Shown piece after piece: positions 37,880 to 51,974 of a stretch of 64,000 bases of DNA; the stretch's first letter is position 1, and each line of letters begins with the position of its first letter. Origin of the DNA: the human T2T-CHM13v2.0 reference genome, Homo sapiens. The position numbers and the translations under genes were made by a program. The stretch lies in the NCBI RefSeq assembly GCF_009914755.1, contig NC_060934.1; one strand, given 5' to 3'. The notes under the pieces were generated by a model that was not told where the DNA came from, searched no databases, and saw nothing but the letters and a program-made list of their open reading frames with translations.

Positions 37880-38574
37880 CCCCTAAGCCCGTGTGCATCT
37901 TCCCTTGACGATTCCTATCCCACTCTTCTTTCAAGAGGACACCGTTTCACATGTATTGCTTGTGCAATAAAGAGATGATAAAAGTTTAAAAGGTAAATGG
38001 TTTTTTAAACAGGATTTTCTCTCCACCCAATAGCTATCCTTTGACTCGTTCTCTAGTTAAGTTTTTGTTTTTAATGAGAAAGACCTTTCTAACTTACTCT
38101 ATTTCTTTATGGGTTTGGGGCACAGACCCCTTATTTTACTTGCAGTAGCTCCATTTCCTTCAAGCCACTTTGGGACAAAACCTAGAAGAAACTTGAAAGT
38201 TATCACATGTCTAAGAAATAAATTCCAAATGAGTGGGTTCTAACTTTGTTAGTGTAATCTTATAATAGGTTATTTTATTTTCATATGTGGCCATCCAGGA
38301 AGAATGTTTTGGCTCTGAGATGAGTGGCCTTGTGAGAGCTCCGTGGTCTACCCAGACAAGCCCGGAAAAGGGGAAAAAGGGAAGCATGTTGGCAAAGGAT
38401 AGGCCCCTTTCAGATTTTGTAGGGAAGTGACAATAATGACTCAAATATTATTTTCTCTGTGTGTGTGTCTGCAAGGCTGCTTTGAAGGCACTGGTTTTCT
38501 CGTTCAAGATACATTCCCTTTCTGTAGAAACCTTAGCTCCTGATATTGGGACCTCCTGTTCCTCTGTTTGCTAA

Positions 38575-38980
<406 letters not shown>

Positions 38981-39439
38981 CTTTGTATTGTTTCCTTCCA
39001 CCGTTGGCTTTTAATGGTTCCTAGTTCCTCTCGGGCTGCCTGATGATGTGATAATCCAAACTGTTTGCCTTTTTTTTTTTTTTAAATCTCTAAAGACTAT
39101 AATTCCTTTTAAGAAAGTGAATGATGTCATCATAGGAATGATGCAGAGAGTCAGCCCAGCTTATTTCATCCTCCGCTTCCTGCTGCTGGTATGTGGTGTA
39201 GGACCTGACAGAGGCCTTGTGCTTCCTCAGCACATTCTTTTAAAACAAGAGAGTGTGTGTTTGCTGGATTATCAGCTTCATTTGAGGGTATGTTCTATGG
39301 AACCTTTCAAGTGGGCTGTGGGGTTGAAGGTAAAATCATTTGGAGGCATGAACTGTCACCCAAGCCTCCTTATCCACCTAAAATGCGAAGTAGAAGAAAT
39401 CTAAAAACTGCATAGGTCTAGCTGGATGGTATACCGCTC

Positions 39440-39520
39440 CTGAAATGCTAAAATCAGAAGAGACCTTAGAGGTCACCTGAAGGTTTAATACCTTCATTTT
39501 TCAGATAAAAAACCAGATAC
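39440..39520 (-). mobile_element. MIR3-like fragment
   Basis: agaagagaccttagaggtcacct...cttcatttttcagataaaaaacc. Confidence 0.55.
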
Positions 39521-42500
39521 ATAATATTTGATGCTGTGTGTCTTGACTGCTATATTTCCATAAACACAAAGTATGGAATGATGAAGCCCTTGCTCAGTGC
39601 CTCTATGGGACTGGATCTGTACTGAGACTCCCAGGAGACCTGGACCCTGTCCTCTGGTGGCTCCTAGTCTTGGGCTAAACGTGGATATAAACCTATGTAT
39701 TCTCTGAGGACATTTTGACTCTCAATTCTGTGTTCAGGAATGATAAATTGCTGAGCAGAAATGTGAAGCCAGCTCACAAAAGGGTAACAAATTGGGTGTA
39801 GAATATTTTTTCTCTGCACTCTGACCTTTTGTGTCTAGGGATGCGACTAGGGGCTGAGACCTCAGTTGGACAGATAGTCAATATTCTTGCTTTATTCTCA
39901 TTTCTCACCCTTTATATAGCCCTTCTTTATAACTTCCCATCTTTTCTCTCTCAAACCATTCTCTGACTTCCTATTTGTATTGTGTTCCCATTTATTTTCT
40001 CTTTTCCTCCTTTCTTAGCATCCTGCCTGACACATAGTAGGAATGTAACAAATGTTTGAAGTAATGAACCAAAGGAACTGTTGCCTTCCTTGAAGATGAT
40101 GAAAAGTCTGGGGATAAAGCAAACAAGGAGAAACATTGTCTAAACATCTCAACTGGCTTGTATTCCAGCTTGCTGTCTTTGAGAAAATATATGGAATGTT
40201 TTAATGCTGGGACTAGTTTTTCCTTGGATAGATATTTAAAAAATTTCTGCTTGTGCGTGTGTGTGCAACTAGTAATATAAGTTTTAAAGAAGATATTATA
40301 CCAAGACATTTATTTCATTTGATTAAGCCATTAGAAAAGATTAGAGGTGTCTTTAGTTCTGGGGAGATAAGTTTAACAGGGAGCAGATTTTAGGAACATC
40401 TGGGCAACCCGCACAACACCTTTCTGTTCCCTTATCTTTAAATGCAGTTGTTATTTATATATATATAACAGATAAGAGTGATAAGGTAGAAAGAGCATGT
40501 TTGAAAGCTCCAATTTCTTATATCTCATCCAGGTTTCTTCTTATGGCTTCCTTCAGATATATAAATATATGGAGAACCTAGAGTTCCATTTTTCTTTTTT
40601 TTTCCTTAGAAGAGAATATTATCGCTCTCTAACTAAGTGTTATCACCCGGTGATTGAATGTTACTGTTTGAGCCTTCTGCCTTGAATAATGCGATCCTTA
40701 AAGAGGCCACCGCTTCAGATAATTGTCCCTTTCTGTTCACTTAGAAGTACTTGCAGTATTGAGGTTACTGCTCAAATGAGGGCACTTTTCTGATAAGCGA
40801 GCAGGGAGTTTTGGGAGTCAGGATTTCCTTGACTCCTTGCCTTTGCTTTTATTAATTCTGCAGAGTAGCAGAATTGTTGGGTGCTGGGGCTCAGTGGTTG
40901 GAATCTGTATGCTAAGGCATCCAGTTTCTGTAGGGGATCAGCTGGAGGGGTTTTGGGGGACAGCAGAAGGACAGTAGGAGCTGAGAGCCATGTCTGACAT
41001 ATGTAAGTTTCGTTGTGGTTTCAATCAGATGACCACCTGATAATGACAACAGTGACATATTCTTTTTCTAAGGGAAAGGACAGCCTTTTGCAGCAGCCTT
41101 TTCATTTCCACGTAATTGTGAAGAATAAATCAATGTTGGTTGGGTTGCAGGTCTGTGTATTGATCAGAGTTTTCAATCCTTGAAAATGCTGGTGGGATCA
41201 TGTCTTCTTCTTGTTGAATTCAGTATAGTAAAATTCAGAGGGAGTTATAGAATTCAAATACAGTCTATTATTTATGGGCATGGCTGATACAAAGGAAAGC
41301 AAAACATTTTACTTACAGCAAATACATACTCAACACTGGGAGTGGTATTGTGTGAGCAGGATCTTAATTGTACATTTACTAATTGCTCTTCTCTGTTGTG
41401 AGGTGTTGCTAGCAGATCTAAAAGAATCTTATGGTATGTTTTCTTCAAAAGTCCTTTCCTAGAAGAAGCTGAAACCTTGATCAGTTATATTCTATACTAA
41501 TGGAGATTCCCATGAGCAAGTGGGCAGGATGGACCTGAGACTTGACACAAGTTTGACTCTGAAAGAAAATGTTAAACTATGAAAAGCAGTCCTGTGGACT
41601 AGGATACATATGTAACCTTAATAGCTGATAAGAGTCTTACAGATTTAATTTCCAGAGGCAGCATGGGGTGATTATACGAAGCTAGGTCTTTTTTGTGGAT
41701 TTATGCCATTCCTGTCACTAACTACCTGTACCCCTGGACAAGTTATATGTTCTTCTTGGGCTGCAGTAGACCTGATTATAAAATGAAAAGGTCGCACCAG
41801 AAATCTATTGTTCAACTTTTTTTTTTTGTTTGTTTGAAAAACTATCTTTACCAGTTGATTTTTACAGTTGGTCTTGTTCTAGATCTGTTTCTCTTTGTAG
41901 GACAGGCGTATCTGCTTCATTTTGTATAAGCCTCCTTGGATTAGAGCCTTTTGAAATCTGATCTATTCCGCAAGGTCCAGTGTTTCTTCTGCCCACTTTA
42001 GTTTGGAACTCTAATTCTCAATGTATGGCCTGCAGTTCACACTGGCCAACTGTGGTCTCCCTGCTGGATTGGATAGTGATACAGAGATGGAAGGTTTTAA
42101 GATCTTCTGGGTGTTCAGTGATATAAGATCTTGTAGACAGGGGAGAGTTTTGGTTGGTGTCACTCCCAGGTGTGGTGGGGAGAGGGTCTCAAACATTTTA
42201 AGAACTTGCTCCCTTTCTGGGGAAAGAATCCCAGGTTACTGCCTTTGATTCCAGGCTGAGCTATACTTCTGCCCAGCAGCTACCCTGGCTCCTGGGTGTG
42301 GCCTTACTCCTGAACACTTGGCTTGAGGAAGGTGTTTTCTTCTCTGATTCCAGAAAGTGAGTTGTTTAGACTTCTGGACATTCTTCCTAATCTGTGGTCA
42401 GGACTAAACCTGTGTCTGACTGGAAGCTGAACGAGATGTTGCAGGATGTGTGTCTTAAACTAAACGATAGTTTGGATGAAATGATCTTCGTAATTTTTTA

Positions 42501-44292
42501 CAATTCTAGCATTTTTGACATTGTCATCATCTCCAGGTTGCATCTGAAAATACAGCTCCTGGAGGACTTTCTTTTTACCCTGAACTGTTTCTGTTTGTAC
42601 TAGGCCACATCACATCAGCTACCTGCAATGGGCAAACACAAACACTATCACTTCCCATCTCAAAGGCAACGTTTCTTTTGGGGTTGCCATGGAATTCCTG
42701 TTTCCTCCAAAACAATTCCTCTGTCTTTGGTTCGTGATGGCATTTGGCTGTGCATGGCCACACTTCTGCTTGCTCTGGCCACCCACTCTAGCTTCTTTTC
42801 CAGTTTCTTTTGAATGACACCTCTCTTAGGTAAATTCTCTGAAGGAGTGATTTTCTATGCTTCCATCATTATAGTTTTACAGTTCAATAATGGCTTCATA
42901 AGCAGATACCTGACCAATGTATCTCCAGCCATGGTGGTGGAGGTGTGGCTCTTCACATTCTCATTTGCCACCTTTGGCCCCACCTTGCTTCTGCACTTGT
43001 GTCTATTATTCCACAAAACCCAAGCCATGAGAGCCTGGAGAGTTTCTTTTTCCAGTGGTACCACCAGGTCTACCCTTACTAATATTTTAATATTTATGGC
43101 ATTAAAGCCACTAATAAAAATATCATGACAAATTCACTTTTAATTTTCTCAGATTTATGAGGAACACCAAAAAAAGTGCTATCTCTGGACTGCATTGCAG
43201 AAAAGAAGTTGGTTTGTCATAGAATGTATTTATTTCCATGGGAATAGGGCCAGTGCCCTATGCTACATGGAGTTTGATTTGTTGCAGAACATTTCTTTCC
43301 TCCCCAAACTGTGTATATTTGTTAATGACTTAATTTATAGACTAAGAAGAGGCTTAGATATTCTTGGTTTGGAGATATCCCAGAAGAGTTACATGGGCTG
43401 GCTGTCAGAATTCCCATCTGATTTAATTTCCTCAGTCTGGAAGAAGTTGGGGAGAGAATTTTTGTGAGGATTTTAAAAAATGTAGCTGCAGATACCCAGT
43501 CAAAAGGCACACACAGAGATGAATCAGGTTTAAAAAAAAAGACCATTCATTTTTAATAACTGGGATTTTCTGTTATTTCATTTTTTAAAAAAGCTACAGT
43601 TCACTGAGTCTACAATGCATACTACCCTTTGCATCGAGGAGATACCTAAAAAAATGTGTGTGGAAAGAGCAGATATGGGAACTGAAGACTTTTTATATGC
43701 AAAAAATGATCACTCAAGCCCACTGAGGAAACCCAGTCTCACACCGGTTGTTCTTATTTCTTGTTTTCTGTTTTGTCCTTCTCTGATGTTGCAGAAACAG
43801 CAGAATTACGGAAAAAACAAAAACTGCTTGATGATTAACAGTGTGGATTTTGGCTTGGAGTCTTATATTGAGGCCAACTATGCACTGAGTTAAATCCTCC
43901 TCCTCAACTAAAAATTGGACCACCCATCCCTATTCCCAGAGAAGTCATTTTGTTGGTAGCATTCAGTTTATATGCGATTAAGGTGGTCAAATAAAAATGT
44001 GAATGAAACATAAGGATATTTTTACCTCCCATATTTATTTGGGCTTAATTGGATGGTAAAGATTCAGTGTCATGTAGCTACTGAAATCCTTGTTGTAAAA
44101 TGTAACATGTGTTTCCCAAAGCTAAACTGTGTTATTGATAAGACCTATTTAGAAATGGGAGAAAAAGGACATACACAAACTCATTCACACAGAAATATTC
44201 ATACATATACATATATGTGTACACAGATGTACAGAACCACAGATACATGCACATACCTGCACGTATATAGCTAAACATATACATATACACAC

Positions 44293-44396
44293 ACCATAAT
44301 TTATTATCCAAACTAGTATACTTTACTAATAATTATGGCAATATAATGGATACAAACTAGAACTCTCCTAGTCAAAATGAGAGGCATAGTCACCTA
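44293..44396. mobile_element. MER94-like hAT-Blackjack DNA transposon remnant
   Basis: ataatttattatccaaactag...taataattatg...aaactagaactctcctagtcaaaatgagaggcatagtcaccta resembles a CpG-decayed MER94. Confidence 0.55.
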
Positions 44397-45049
44397 CTTA
44401 TATAGTATATTGTCTTCCATTATGAGACAAGAACCGCTTATAAAAAGATTGGTTATTCTGTGCTGGGGATTTTATACATTCATTCTCATACTGTGATGGT
44501 GGGGAGAAGTTTAATAAAGACTTCATGTCCCTTAATAGAATTAGTCACTTTCTACTGAGATATTGAAGCTAATCCTGATGCTCTCATTTATAGTACTGGC
44601 GGGATTATTAACAGATTTGCCTTTATTGGTTTTCTCCAGAAGTCTTCCTTGTTTGCATTTTTTATGAAGGTAATTCGATTTTTATTAGTATAAGTAGTAG
44701 AGAAGTTTGGCAACTGGGCACTCCACAGACATGCTGTTTCCTCTTCTTCATTTGCTTTTCTCTTGTTAAAGTCATCAAAATGTTGACAGCTGCATAAGTC
44801 TTTGTAAAGCATTCATAACATGACAGATATTACAGATATTTGTCATTTTACTTCCAGTAAGTGACAGTCAAAATTAGCTTTTTGTAGTATTGGAAGATAG
44901 TGCGGGTATAGTGAGTCCAGTCAAATTTGTCTCTCATTTCTTTAATGTACAAGTGATTTCCAGTCTTGTTAAGGACCAAGGACTCGAAGGATGTGGGGAG
45001 TGGATCTGGGGTTTTACTGGAAATTAAACGGGCAGGACAATGGTATTTC

Positions 45050-45305
45050 ATAGCATGGTAGGTTTCAGCAACGAAAGAGTCCCTGGGGCCACATCCTTAA
45101 ATCACACTCCTGATGCTCAGTCCCTACCTCACCATCATTAAACACAGAGCCCTCCTCCTCTAAGTGAAGACCTTCAGAGTTGGAGGTTCAGTCCTTCTGA
45201 AGCAATCTGTTCTGTTTTTAGAAAGCACCATTTGAAACCTGTTTATTATATTGAGCCTAAAGCTCCCACTGTGTAATTTCTACCCACTGCTCCTGATTCT
45301 CCACT
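45050..45305 (-). mobile_element. L3/CR1 LINE remnant
   Basis: tatattgagcctaaagctcccactgtgtaatttctacccactgctcctgattctcc resembles the antisense L3 3' region. Confidence 0.55.
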
Positions 45306-45354
45306 ATTGTGGCTTTAAGTCCTAACCCTTGTTTTTCTTTTCTAAAACAACAAA

Positions 45355-45585
45355 AATAATGATACTTATGGATCATATACGTTGTGCTAGGCATTGTGGT
45401 AAGCACTTTTTATGCATTATCCTATTTCATTCCTGCGACCTCAGAGAGTAGGCATTATTATTATACCTAATTTGAAGAAATTGAGGCTTAGAGAGTTTGA
45501 AGTAACTTGCCAAAGGTAATTCAGAGAGCTCATTAGTGGCAGATCCGGAATTCTCATCCAGGTCTGAGTAAGCCTAAACCAATGC
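45355..45585 (-). mobile_element. Near full-length MIR
   Basis: tgtgctaggcattgtggtaagcacttt...gaagaaattgaggcttagagagtttgaagtaacttgccaaaggt. Confidence 0.88.
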
Positions 45586-45974
45586 TTGGTGACATTGTAA
45601 AAGTCATGAAGGTTCTCTGGATCTCCTTCTCCATCGGTATTATTCTGGGGCTGGCCATGCATCTCTCTTGGGGTATTTGTGAGGATTAAACAAGAGAGTG
45701 ACATGTGGTGTACATGCATGGCATTTTGTTATTGCTAATAACATTGTCATAAACATCCTTAAGACCACATACTAACATTCTGATGGCATCATCTAGTTAG
45801 TAGGTTTGCTTTGTTTTTTCATTCCATTCTGTTCTGTCACCAGTCTCCTTCTCCCCACTAATTTAAAGTGTATCATTTTTTTCGAGGTCCAGGGCAAATC
45901 CTACTTCTGATGTGGCTTAGATTTAATTTCCTAGTCCACAATAACATCTCCTTCTTTGGAGCTCTGTTGCGTGT

Positions 45975-46515
45975 TGTGTTATTTGGATGTTTTTAATTGT
46001 AAGTCACAGGAAATAAAAAAAAAACCCTTAAATTATCTTAAAGAAAAAATGGCTGTCATGGTAGCAATGGTTTTAAACAAGGCATGAGCCAGAAACGCAG
46101 TCAGTCTGACTAGGTTTAGTTGGTATCTCTCCATTTCTCAGCAACTCTTCCTCAGTGAAGTTCCTCTTATTTGGGGGCTTTGCCCCATTGCAAGGTGACT
46201 ATAAACAGTTCTTAGGATTAGATGTGTCCTGGTTCAAATCTGACAGGAGAGACAAAGTTCAATTCCTTTAGTGCTGTAACAAGATCCCCCAAATTTGAAT
46301 CTCATTAGCCTGATAAGTCTAAATGGAATAACATCGTATCCTCAAAACAGTTACTGTGGCCAGGAGTAACAGTAGGATGCTGGTAGGATTTAGCCAGTTG
46401 GACTCCATTCTGGGACAGAAGAATGTACACGAACCAAATCTGGGAAGACCAGGAAAATGTTAAGAAGAAGGAAAGGGGGGATGGATAAAAGGGAGGTGGC
46501 CAACAATTGTCTGGT
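45975..46515 (-). mobile_element. Highly decayed LTR (MLT1-like)
   Basis: ttttaattgtaagtcacaggaaa...cccttaaattatcttaaagaaaaa resembles antisense old MaLR LTR ends. Confidence 0.4.
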
Positions 46516-46834
46516 AAATATGATTTGTTTATATTGCTTATTTTATATGGAAGTTTCTTGAGGACAGGGACCTTGTAGTGGTGTTTTACTTTACTTTTCA
46601 TATATATATATATATTTCTCTTCCTATCTACTCCAGCACATCTCAAACCTTCTTACATATTGTATATGCTCAATAAGAATGATGAATGATTTTTTGCTTT
46701 GCTAGATAATAATGCCACCTAGAATGAAATAGGCTATAAAAGAAAATATCAAGTAATTCCATATACCTCCACGAGGAAGGGGAAGTAGGTAGGACAGGAA
46801 GATAATAATAAAATTAAAGTTTAAAAGAAGTCTT

Positions 46835-46961
46835 GGCTGGGTGCGGTGGCCCACACCTGTAATCCCAGCACTTTGAGAGGCCAAGGGAGGAGGATCACTT
46901 GAGCCCAGGAGTCTGAGACCAGCCTGGGCAGCATAGTGAGACCCAATCTCTATTAAAAAAA
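46835..46961 (+). mobile_element. FLAM_C (free left Alu monomer)
   Basis: ggctgggtgcggtggcccacacctgtaatcccagcacttt...gagcccaggagtctgagaccagcctgggc...attaaaaaaa; imperfect TSD aaaagaagtctt/aaaaaaagtttt. Confidence 0.93.
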
Positions 46962-47464
46962 GTTTTCATTGAGTACAAGCGCCCTTATTCAGGTGTAACT
47001 TAGTCATATAATTGTATGTCCTTCTGCAATCTTCAGTTAACGTGATGGTGGGCACCGAGAGAATTATTTTGTAGGGAGAAAGTTCCTGTCTTTTTAGCAT
47101 ATTAAATACGTTGTTAATGAAATTGGAACTTTCAGACCACTATAGATTTATCATAGGCGGTGCTGCATGAAGGGAAAGGTATATTAACCTTTTGTTGATT
47201 TGAAGTCATTTTACCTTATGCTCAGGAGCCCAATTAACATTATTGATTTGAGTCATACTCATCAAGATCAACTTATTTTGTGTTAATTTCCTTCAATGCA
47301 GAGAGAGCTGAAACCAAGAAGAGAGGAGTTAAGACAGAATGATTGATTTGGCTATGAGGAGCATGTTTTGTACCATAATCTCATTTTAATGCTTCAGTAG
47401 TTAAGTTGTGCCAAATTGCTTTTGAGGAGGAAGTCATTTTCTGGTTGAGATTCTGCTTAGTCCT

Positions 47465-47898
47465 TATATTGGTCAGCTATTTCCACAATAATGCTACATA
47501 AGAAACTACCTCATTTATTCTCTTGCTGAGGCATTTGCAGGTTGACGGTGGTTTGGCTCATCTAGGCCGGGTGGCTCTGCTCCAGGGTGCAGGACAGCCA
47601 GCCTTGATGCCAGGCTGTGTGTTGGCTTCAGGTGTCCACCATGTGTGTTTGTTCTGGGGCACAGGCTGACCCTTCAGGGACAGAGGTCGCATGGAGCATG
47701 CTCTTCTCATGGTGGATCAGTGGAGTACCAGAGCCACGCCAAATAGCACAAGCACACTTAGGGCCTCTGCGCACATTACACAGCGAAATTTCGTTGTCCT
47801 GAGCAAGTCTCATGGCCTAGACCAGTATCAGTGGAGCAGGGAGGTAAACTCTGCCCACAGTAGGAGGGGAAACGAGTGACTGTTTGCTGAACAATATG
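47465..47898 (-). mobile_element. MLT1 (MaLR) solo LTR
   Basis: tattggtcagctatttccacaataatgctacataagaaac...gcatgctcttctcatggtgg...gcaagtctcatggcc...tttgctgaacaata. Confidence 0.8.
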
Positions 47899-48030
47899 GG
47901 CCTTCTGGCCCTGTAACTCTTAGGTCAGGGTGCTGAGTTATTTATCTCATCATCATCATGTTATCAAGCCAATTTCTTGACCTAAACCGGGAGAAAACGC
48001 TTTTGAATTTTTCCCAGGATTAAACTTGTG

Positions 48031-48212
48031 ATCTGACTCAGCCTCTTGCCCATGAGCTAACCTGAAGATGCAGCAGCTTATTGAAGACTCTCTTCCAGCC
48101 TATCACCACCTTCCTTTAGGCGGGTCTAACTTTGCTTTCAGCTTTCTTGTGACATTGTAACTCCTTCTTTAATTTGAGATGGGGTGTTTTCCAAGGACTT
48201 CAGAATCTGCCA
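48031..48212 (+). repeat. Dispersed duplication, copy A (about 85% identical to 50654-50836)
   Basis: Manual alignment: 26 mismatches and 1 gap over 183 columns. Confidence 0.93.
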
Positions 48213-48339
48213 GGTGAGATGCAAGACCTAGGTTGAAATTAAACCTAGGATTAAACTCAGAATTCTACCTAGGAGTAAACATTCCACGCAGCAGAAAACC
48301 ACTACTCTAACTGTGAACGCTTTGAGAGCGAAGATAGCA

Positions 48340-48420
48340 TCCTGTTTTCTCTTGGGTTCTAAAGAATCTGGCACACAGTAGACCCTCAGTATGTGCTGAA
48401 TAAATGAATGAATGAACAAT
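48340..48420 (+). mobile_element. L2 3' end
   Basis: tctggcacacagtagaccctcagtatgtgctgaataaatgaatgaatgaa. Confidence 0.8.
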
Positions 48421-48527
48421 GAATGGCAATATTGTTTTCTTTGTAGAACAGTTAAATAAAAGCAGGAATGCATGAGAGAAGTTAAATAGGAGGAATAGCT
48501 CTTAAGGAGTTAAAGCAACAACCAGAA

Positions 48528-48680
48528 GAGTGTGTGTGGGGGTGTGTGTGTGTGTGTGAGACAGACACACACACACACTCAATACCAATATATACACATA
48601 TCTGTGTGTGCACATGTATAATATACATATATGTAGACACTATATTATGTATTATATAGTATATGTACTTATACTATTTT
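48528..48680. repeat. (TG)n/(CA)n/(TA)n compound microsatellite
   Basis: Seen directly. Confidence 0.85.
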
Positions 48681-48999
48681 ATTTACTTAATAGACCTGAT
48701 AACTCTGTGAAGGAGGAAATTAACGATCATCAGCAAAGCTAGGTTTTCCAAAGACCACGTGCCTAGAAAGTGTTAGAGGTTAGATTTGAACCTTATGTGT
48801 CCAGTTGCAAGTCAACTGCTCCATCTGGGGGCTGCTTCTTGGAGGGGGTGGTGAAGTTTTATTTTCTTCCTCACAAGGACTTTCCTTTTACCTTGAGCCT
48901 GACTGTTTGACTCAGCGCAGCATCAATCCCCCTGAGACTGGCCTGTTAAAAGTGGACACATGGAACTTAAGAAAAAATGGAGCAAATGGCTGGAGATAG

Positions 49000-49720
49000 A
49001 GGGCTGCTTTCCCTTTCCATTTGAAATTAATGTTCACTGTATAAAAAACATAAAGCATATCCATCCCCAGGGACTTGCCTGACATTTTAAAACTTTCATC
49101 TGCTTTAATTCACGATGTTCGAGGTGGGGATTTACACGTTGCTGAGCTCCTGTAGCTAGTTGGCCGCGATGTACATTTCCTCTCCTGGAGTGCTGGGCTG
49201 AGCTTTCTACAGGCCCAAACAAATTATATAGCTTATTTAGCTCCCTCTAAAAACAATAATGGGCCTATTCAGATTTTATCTGTAATTTTACTTTGTTGTT
49301 GAGCAGTATTAATAATGCTGCTGTAAACCAGGCCAAGGCAGCACTCACCAAATTTCCTAGGCTCTCATGGTAGGATAAATAGCTGCTCGCAGAGCACAAA
49401 GGGAAACATGTAGATCGTCTCAGCGTCAGTTAGACACGCTTGCCTGGCTGGGAGCCGTGTTAATATCACATCTTGCAGATTTGGCAAGGGCTTTAAGAGT
49501 CCTGTATTTCAAGTTGGTTTTTATAGAAACTTGCTGCAGAACTGGGCAGGATTAATCATGGCTGAGATATATCACACTCAGTACAGTATTAAATTGTAGC
49601 AATGGAATGATGCAAAACCAGTTCATAACCTTATAAGAACATTGCATGCTACAGTAATCATAGAGAAATACTGTATATTCAAATTAATGGAGAATAAAAT
49701 ATCCTGCACTCAGTATTTGG
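49000..49720. promoter_or_regulatory. Candidate conserved non-coding element
   Basis: Repeat-free, CpG-retaining (cacgatgttcgagg, ggccgcgatg, atcgtctcagcgtc), ATTAATCA at 49551, several TAAT cores. Confidence 0.45.
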
Positions 49721-50653
49721 TGTCAGGCAAGGTTCCTAGGTGGTGTTCATTTCCTTTCCTTTACCTTACCTGAAAGCTGGCCAAGGCAAGCCTTATGTCT
49801 TTCTGGAGTTTATTATCATGGTGGACTTGTGCATGTGGAGGAGATCTGCTCTGGATAGCCTTGGCTTGGCAAAGAGACTTAAGCAGATCTTCCTTCATTC
49901 TTGAAAGATTATTACACACCTACTCTGTGCTAGCCACTTTGCTGAGCATGGGGCTTAGTAAGTCTTAGGACTCCATCCCTCACCTCACAGAGCTGCCTCT
50001 GACTAGGTCTATGTGGGAAGTTCATTGCAATTCTGGAATGCTGCCTCCTGCCCCACCAGAGTTTTATAGGTTTTTATGGATCTGATTCTTATCTGGGGTA
50101 GACATGCACATGTTTTTAAGGGGACCCTTGGAAGATCTTTGGAGATTAGCTCTGTTATTTCCTGTGCCCCAGAAATCAGTGGATGTTTTGCCATTCCAAT
50201 TTGGCTGAAGTATTTTGTTGGGTAAAGATAAATTAAAACATAAATTAGAAAGCAGTGTGAGGCATTATCAATGTCTCCTCTCTCCAAAAAATCTACCAGC
50301 CAGTGAGAGAAATGGTAAAATAGATTCACATGAGGGTCCATGGAGTCTCTTTAAGAAACCTTTAAGCTTAGTAGACCCTGTAGGCTGAGTTAGGTCAGAG
50401 GCTTTCTCTCATGCCTAGACTTCTGGACACCTGCTGTGCGTTGTTGTTACATCTTTCACGCACACTCCCCTTCTTTTCCCAATAACACCATCAAAATGAA
50501 TGTCACCTTTGGGGCCATTTCAGAGTAGACCCTGCCTTTAACTTTAGAGTTCACTCTGGGAAATGACTAGTGGTAAGAAAATTCTTAGCCAGATATTCCT
50601 AAGTCTTAAATAAAAATAAATATAAAAAGTAGCAGTTTGGGTCCGCTGTGGCC

Positions 50654-50836
50654 ATCTGACTCAACCTCTTGCCTATGAAGTAGTCTGAGGAGGCAGTAGC
50701 TTAATGAAGACTCCCTTCCAGCCTGCCATCAACTTGACTTCAGACAAGTCTAACTTTGCTTTCAATATTCTTGTGACATTATAACTCCTTCTTTAATTTA
50801 AGATGGGGTGTTTTCCAAGGACTTCAGAACCTGCCA
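50654..50836 (+). repeat. Dispersed duplication, copy B
   Basis: Same orientation as 48031-48212, offset 2623 bp. Confidence 0.93.
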
Positions 50837-51629
50837 TCTTGATTTGCAGTGGAAGAATGGGCCAAAGAGAAATTGTTTGGGGCTTAATGGACCACCATCC
50901 CTTGCCAGGAACACATATTTCAGGGCTTGAACCAGTGGCCTCAGGCCTCCCAGCTCAGTGAGGCAGCCGAATGCAGCTGCCTCTCATCCCACCAAAGAGA
51001 AAATATTTTCCACTTTCTCCCAGTTTGTCATCATTACTCTGCAAGTGTGGCCAGGCATCTGTATTTCTTAACATGCCCTCTGCTTATTTACATAATAAAT
51101 GCCTACCAAACAGGGGCAATGATTTCTTTTTCCCTTTTCAGTTTTCAGATTGGATCTTTTCTCCTTCTGGTAGTTAAGAGAGTCACTTAAATTTAATTTT
51201 ATAATCTTTCTGAGTTCAGATAATACAGATACTGATTTTGTTGGATGTAAAGCTGCTGCAGTCATGCCCTGCTTTGGGATTCTTACTATATACATAATGA
51301 TACCAACAAATAGAAAGGTACTTTCAGGCATTTCAGCCAGAGGCTTGAAAAAAAAAAGGTGCCTCACTGTGTTTAGGAATGTCTCAGGGAGAGACATTTG
51401 TTCTCCTTGGGGATTTGAGAATTTGGAGAGTTCTCCTGGCCTGTGAAGGGCAGATTTACATCACAAGGTATTCTTCCAGTGGTCACAAACATGGGCAGTG
51501 GCATTCCAGGCCAGAGTCAAGATGTGGCTGGGAGTGTATCCACCCATGTGCTCAAGTACATGTAGGGATACCTCTCTAGAGAAAGAGAGAGGGCCAAGCT
51601 GAGTTTTCCAGGTGGCCCCACCTATCTGC

Positions 51630-51905
51630 CTATTCATATCCATTTATTCATCCATCTATCTTCTCATGTGGTCATTGAGAGCTTGTCGACTTCCAGACAC
51701 TGAGGAAGCAAGATAAAGAAGACATAGCCCCTGATTTTGAGGGGATTGAAGTCCAGGGGACAAAGAGATACATAAATAATTTCAGCATCATGTCATAAAG
51801 GCGATGACAGAAGTATGTACAATATATTTGCAGTGGATCTATTGTTCAGAAGAAGTCAAGATAGCTTTGTTAGATAAGGAGTTTGAGCTGGCTTTTGCAT
51901 GTGAG
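51630..51905 (-). mobile_element. L2 remnant
   Basis: ttcatatccatttattcatcc...aagacatagcccctgattttgagggg...gagtttgagctgg. Confidence 0.6.
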
Positions 51906-51974
51906 TATGGGATATGGAAAACAAAGTAAAAATAAACAATAGTAATCACAATAACAAACAAAAACAACAACATA

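Noticed and set aside
48027-50836. Provirus with the two ~185-bp repeats as LTRs (both can be read TG...CA)
   Set aside because: No target-site duplication (taaact versus tcttga), no PBS/PPT or gag/pol remnants seen; the interior contains L2, MIR and microsatellite sequence.
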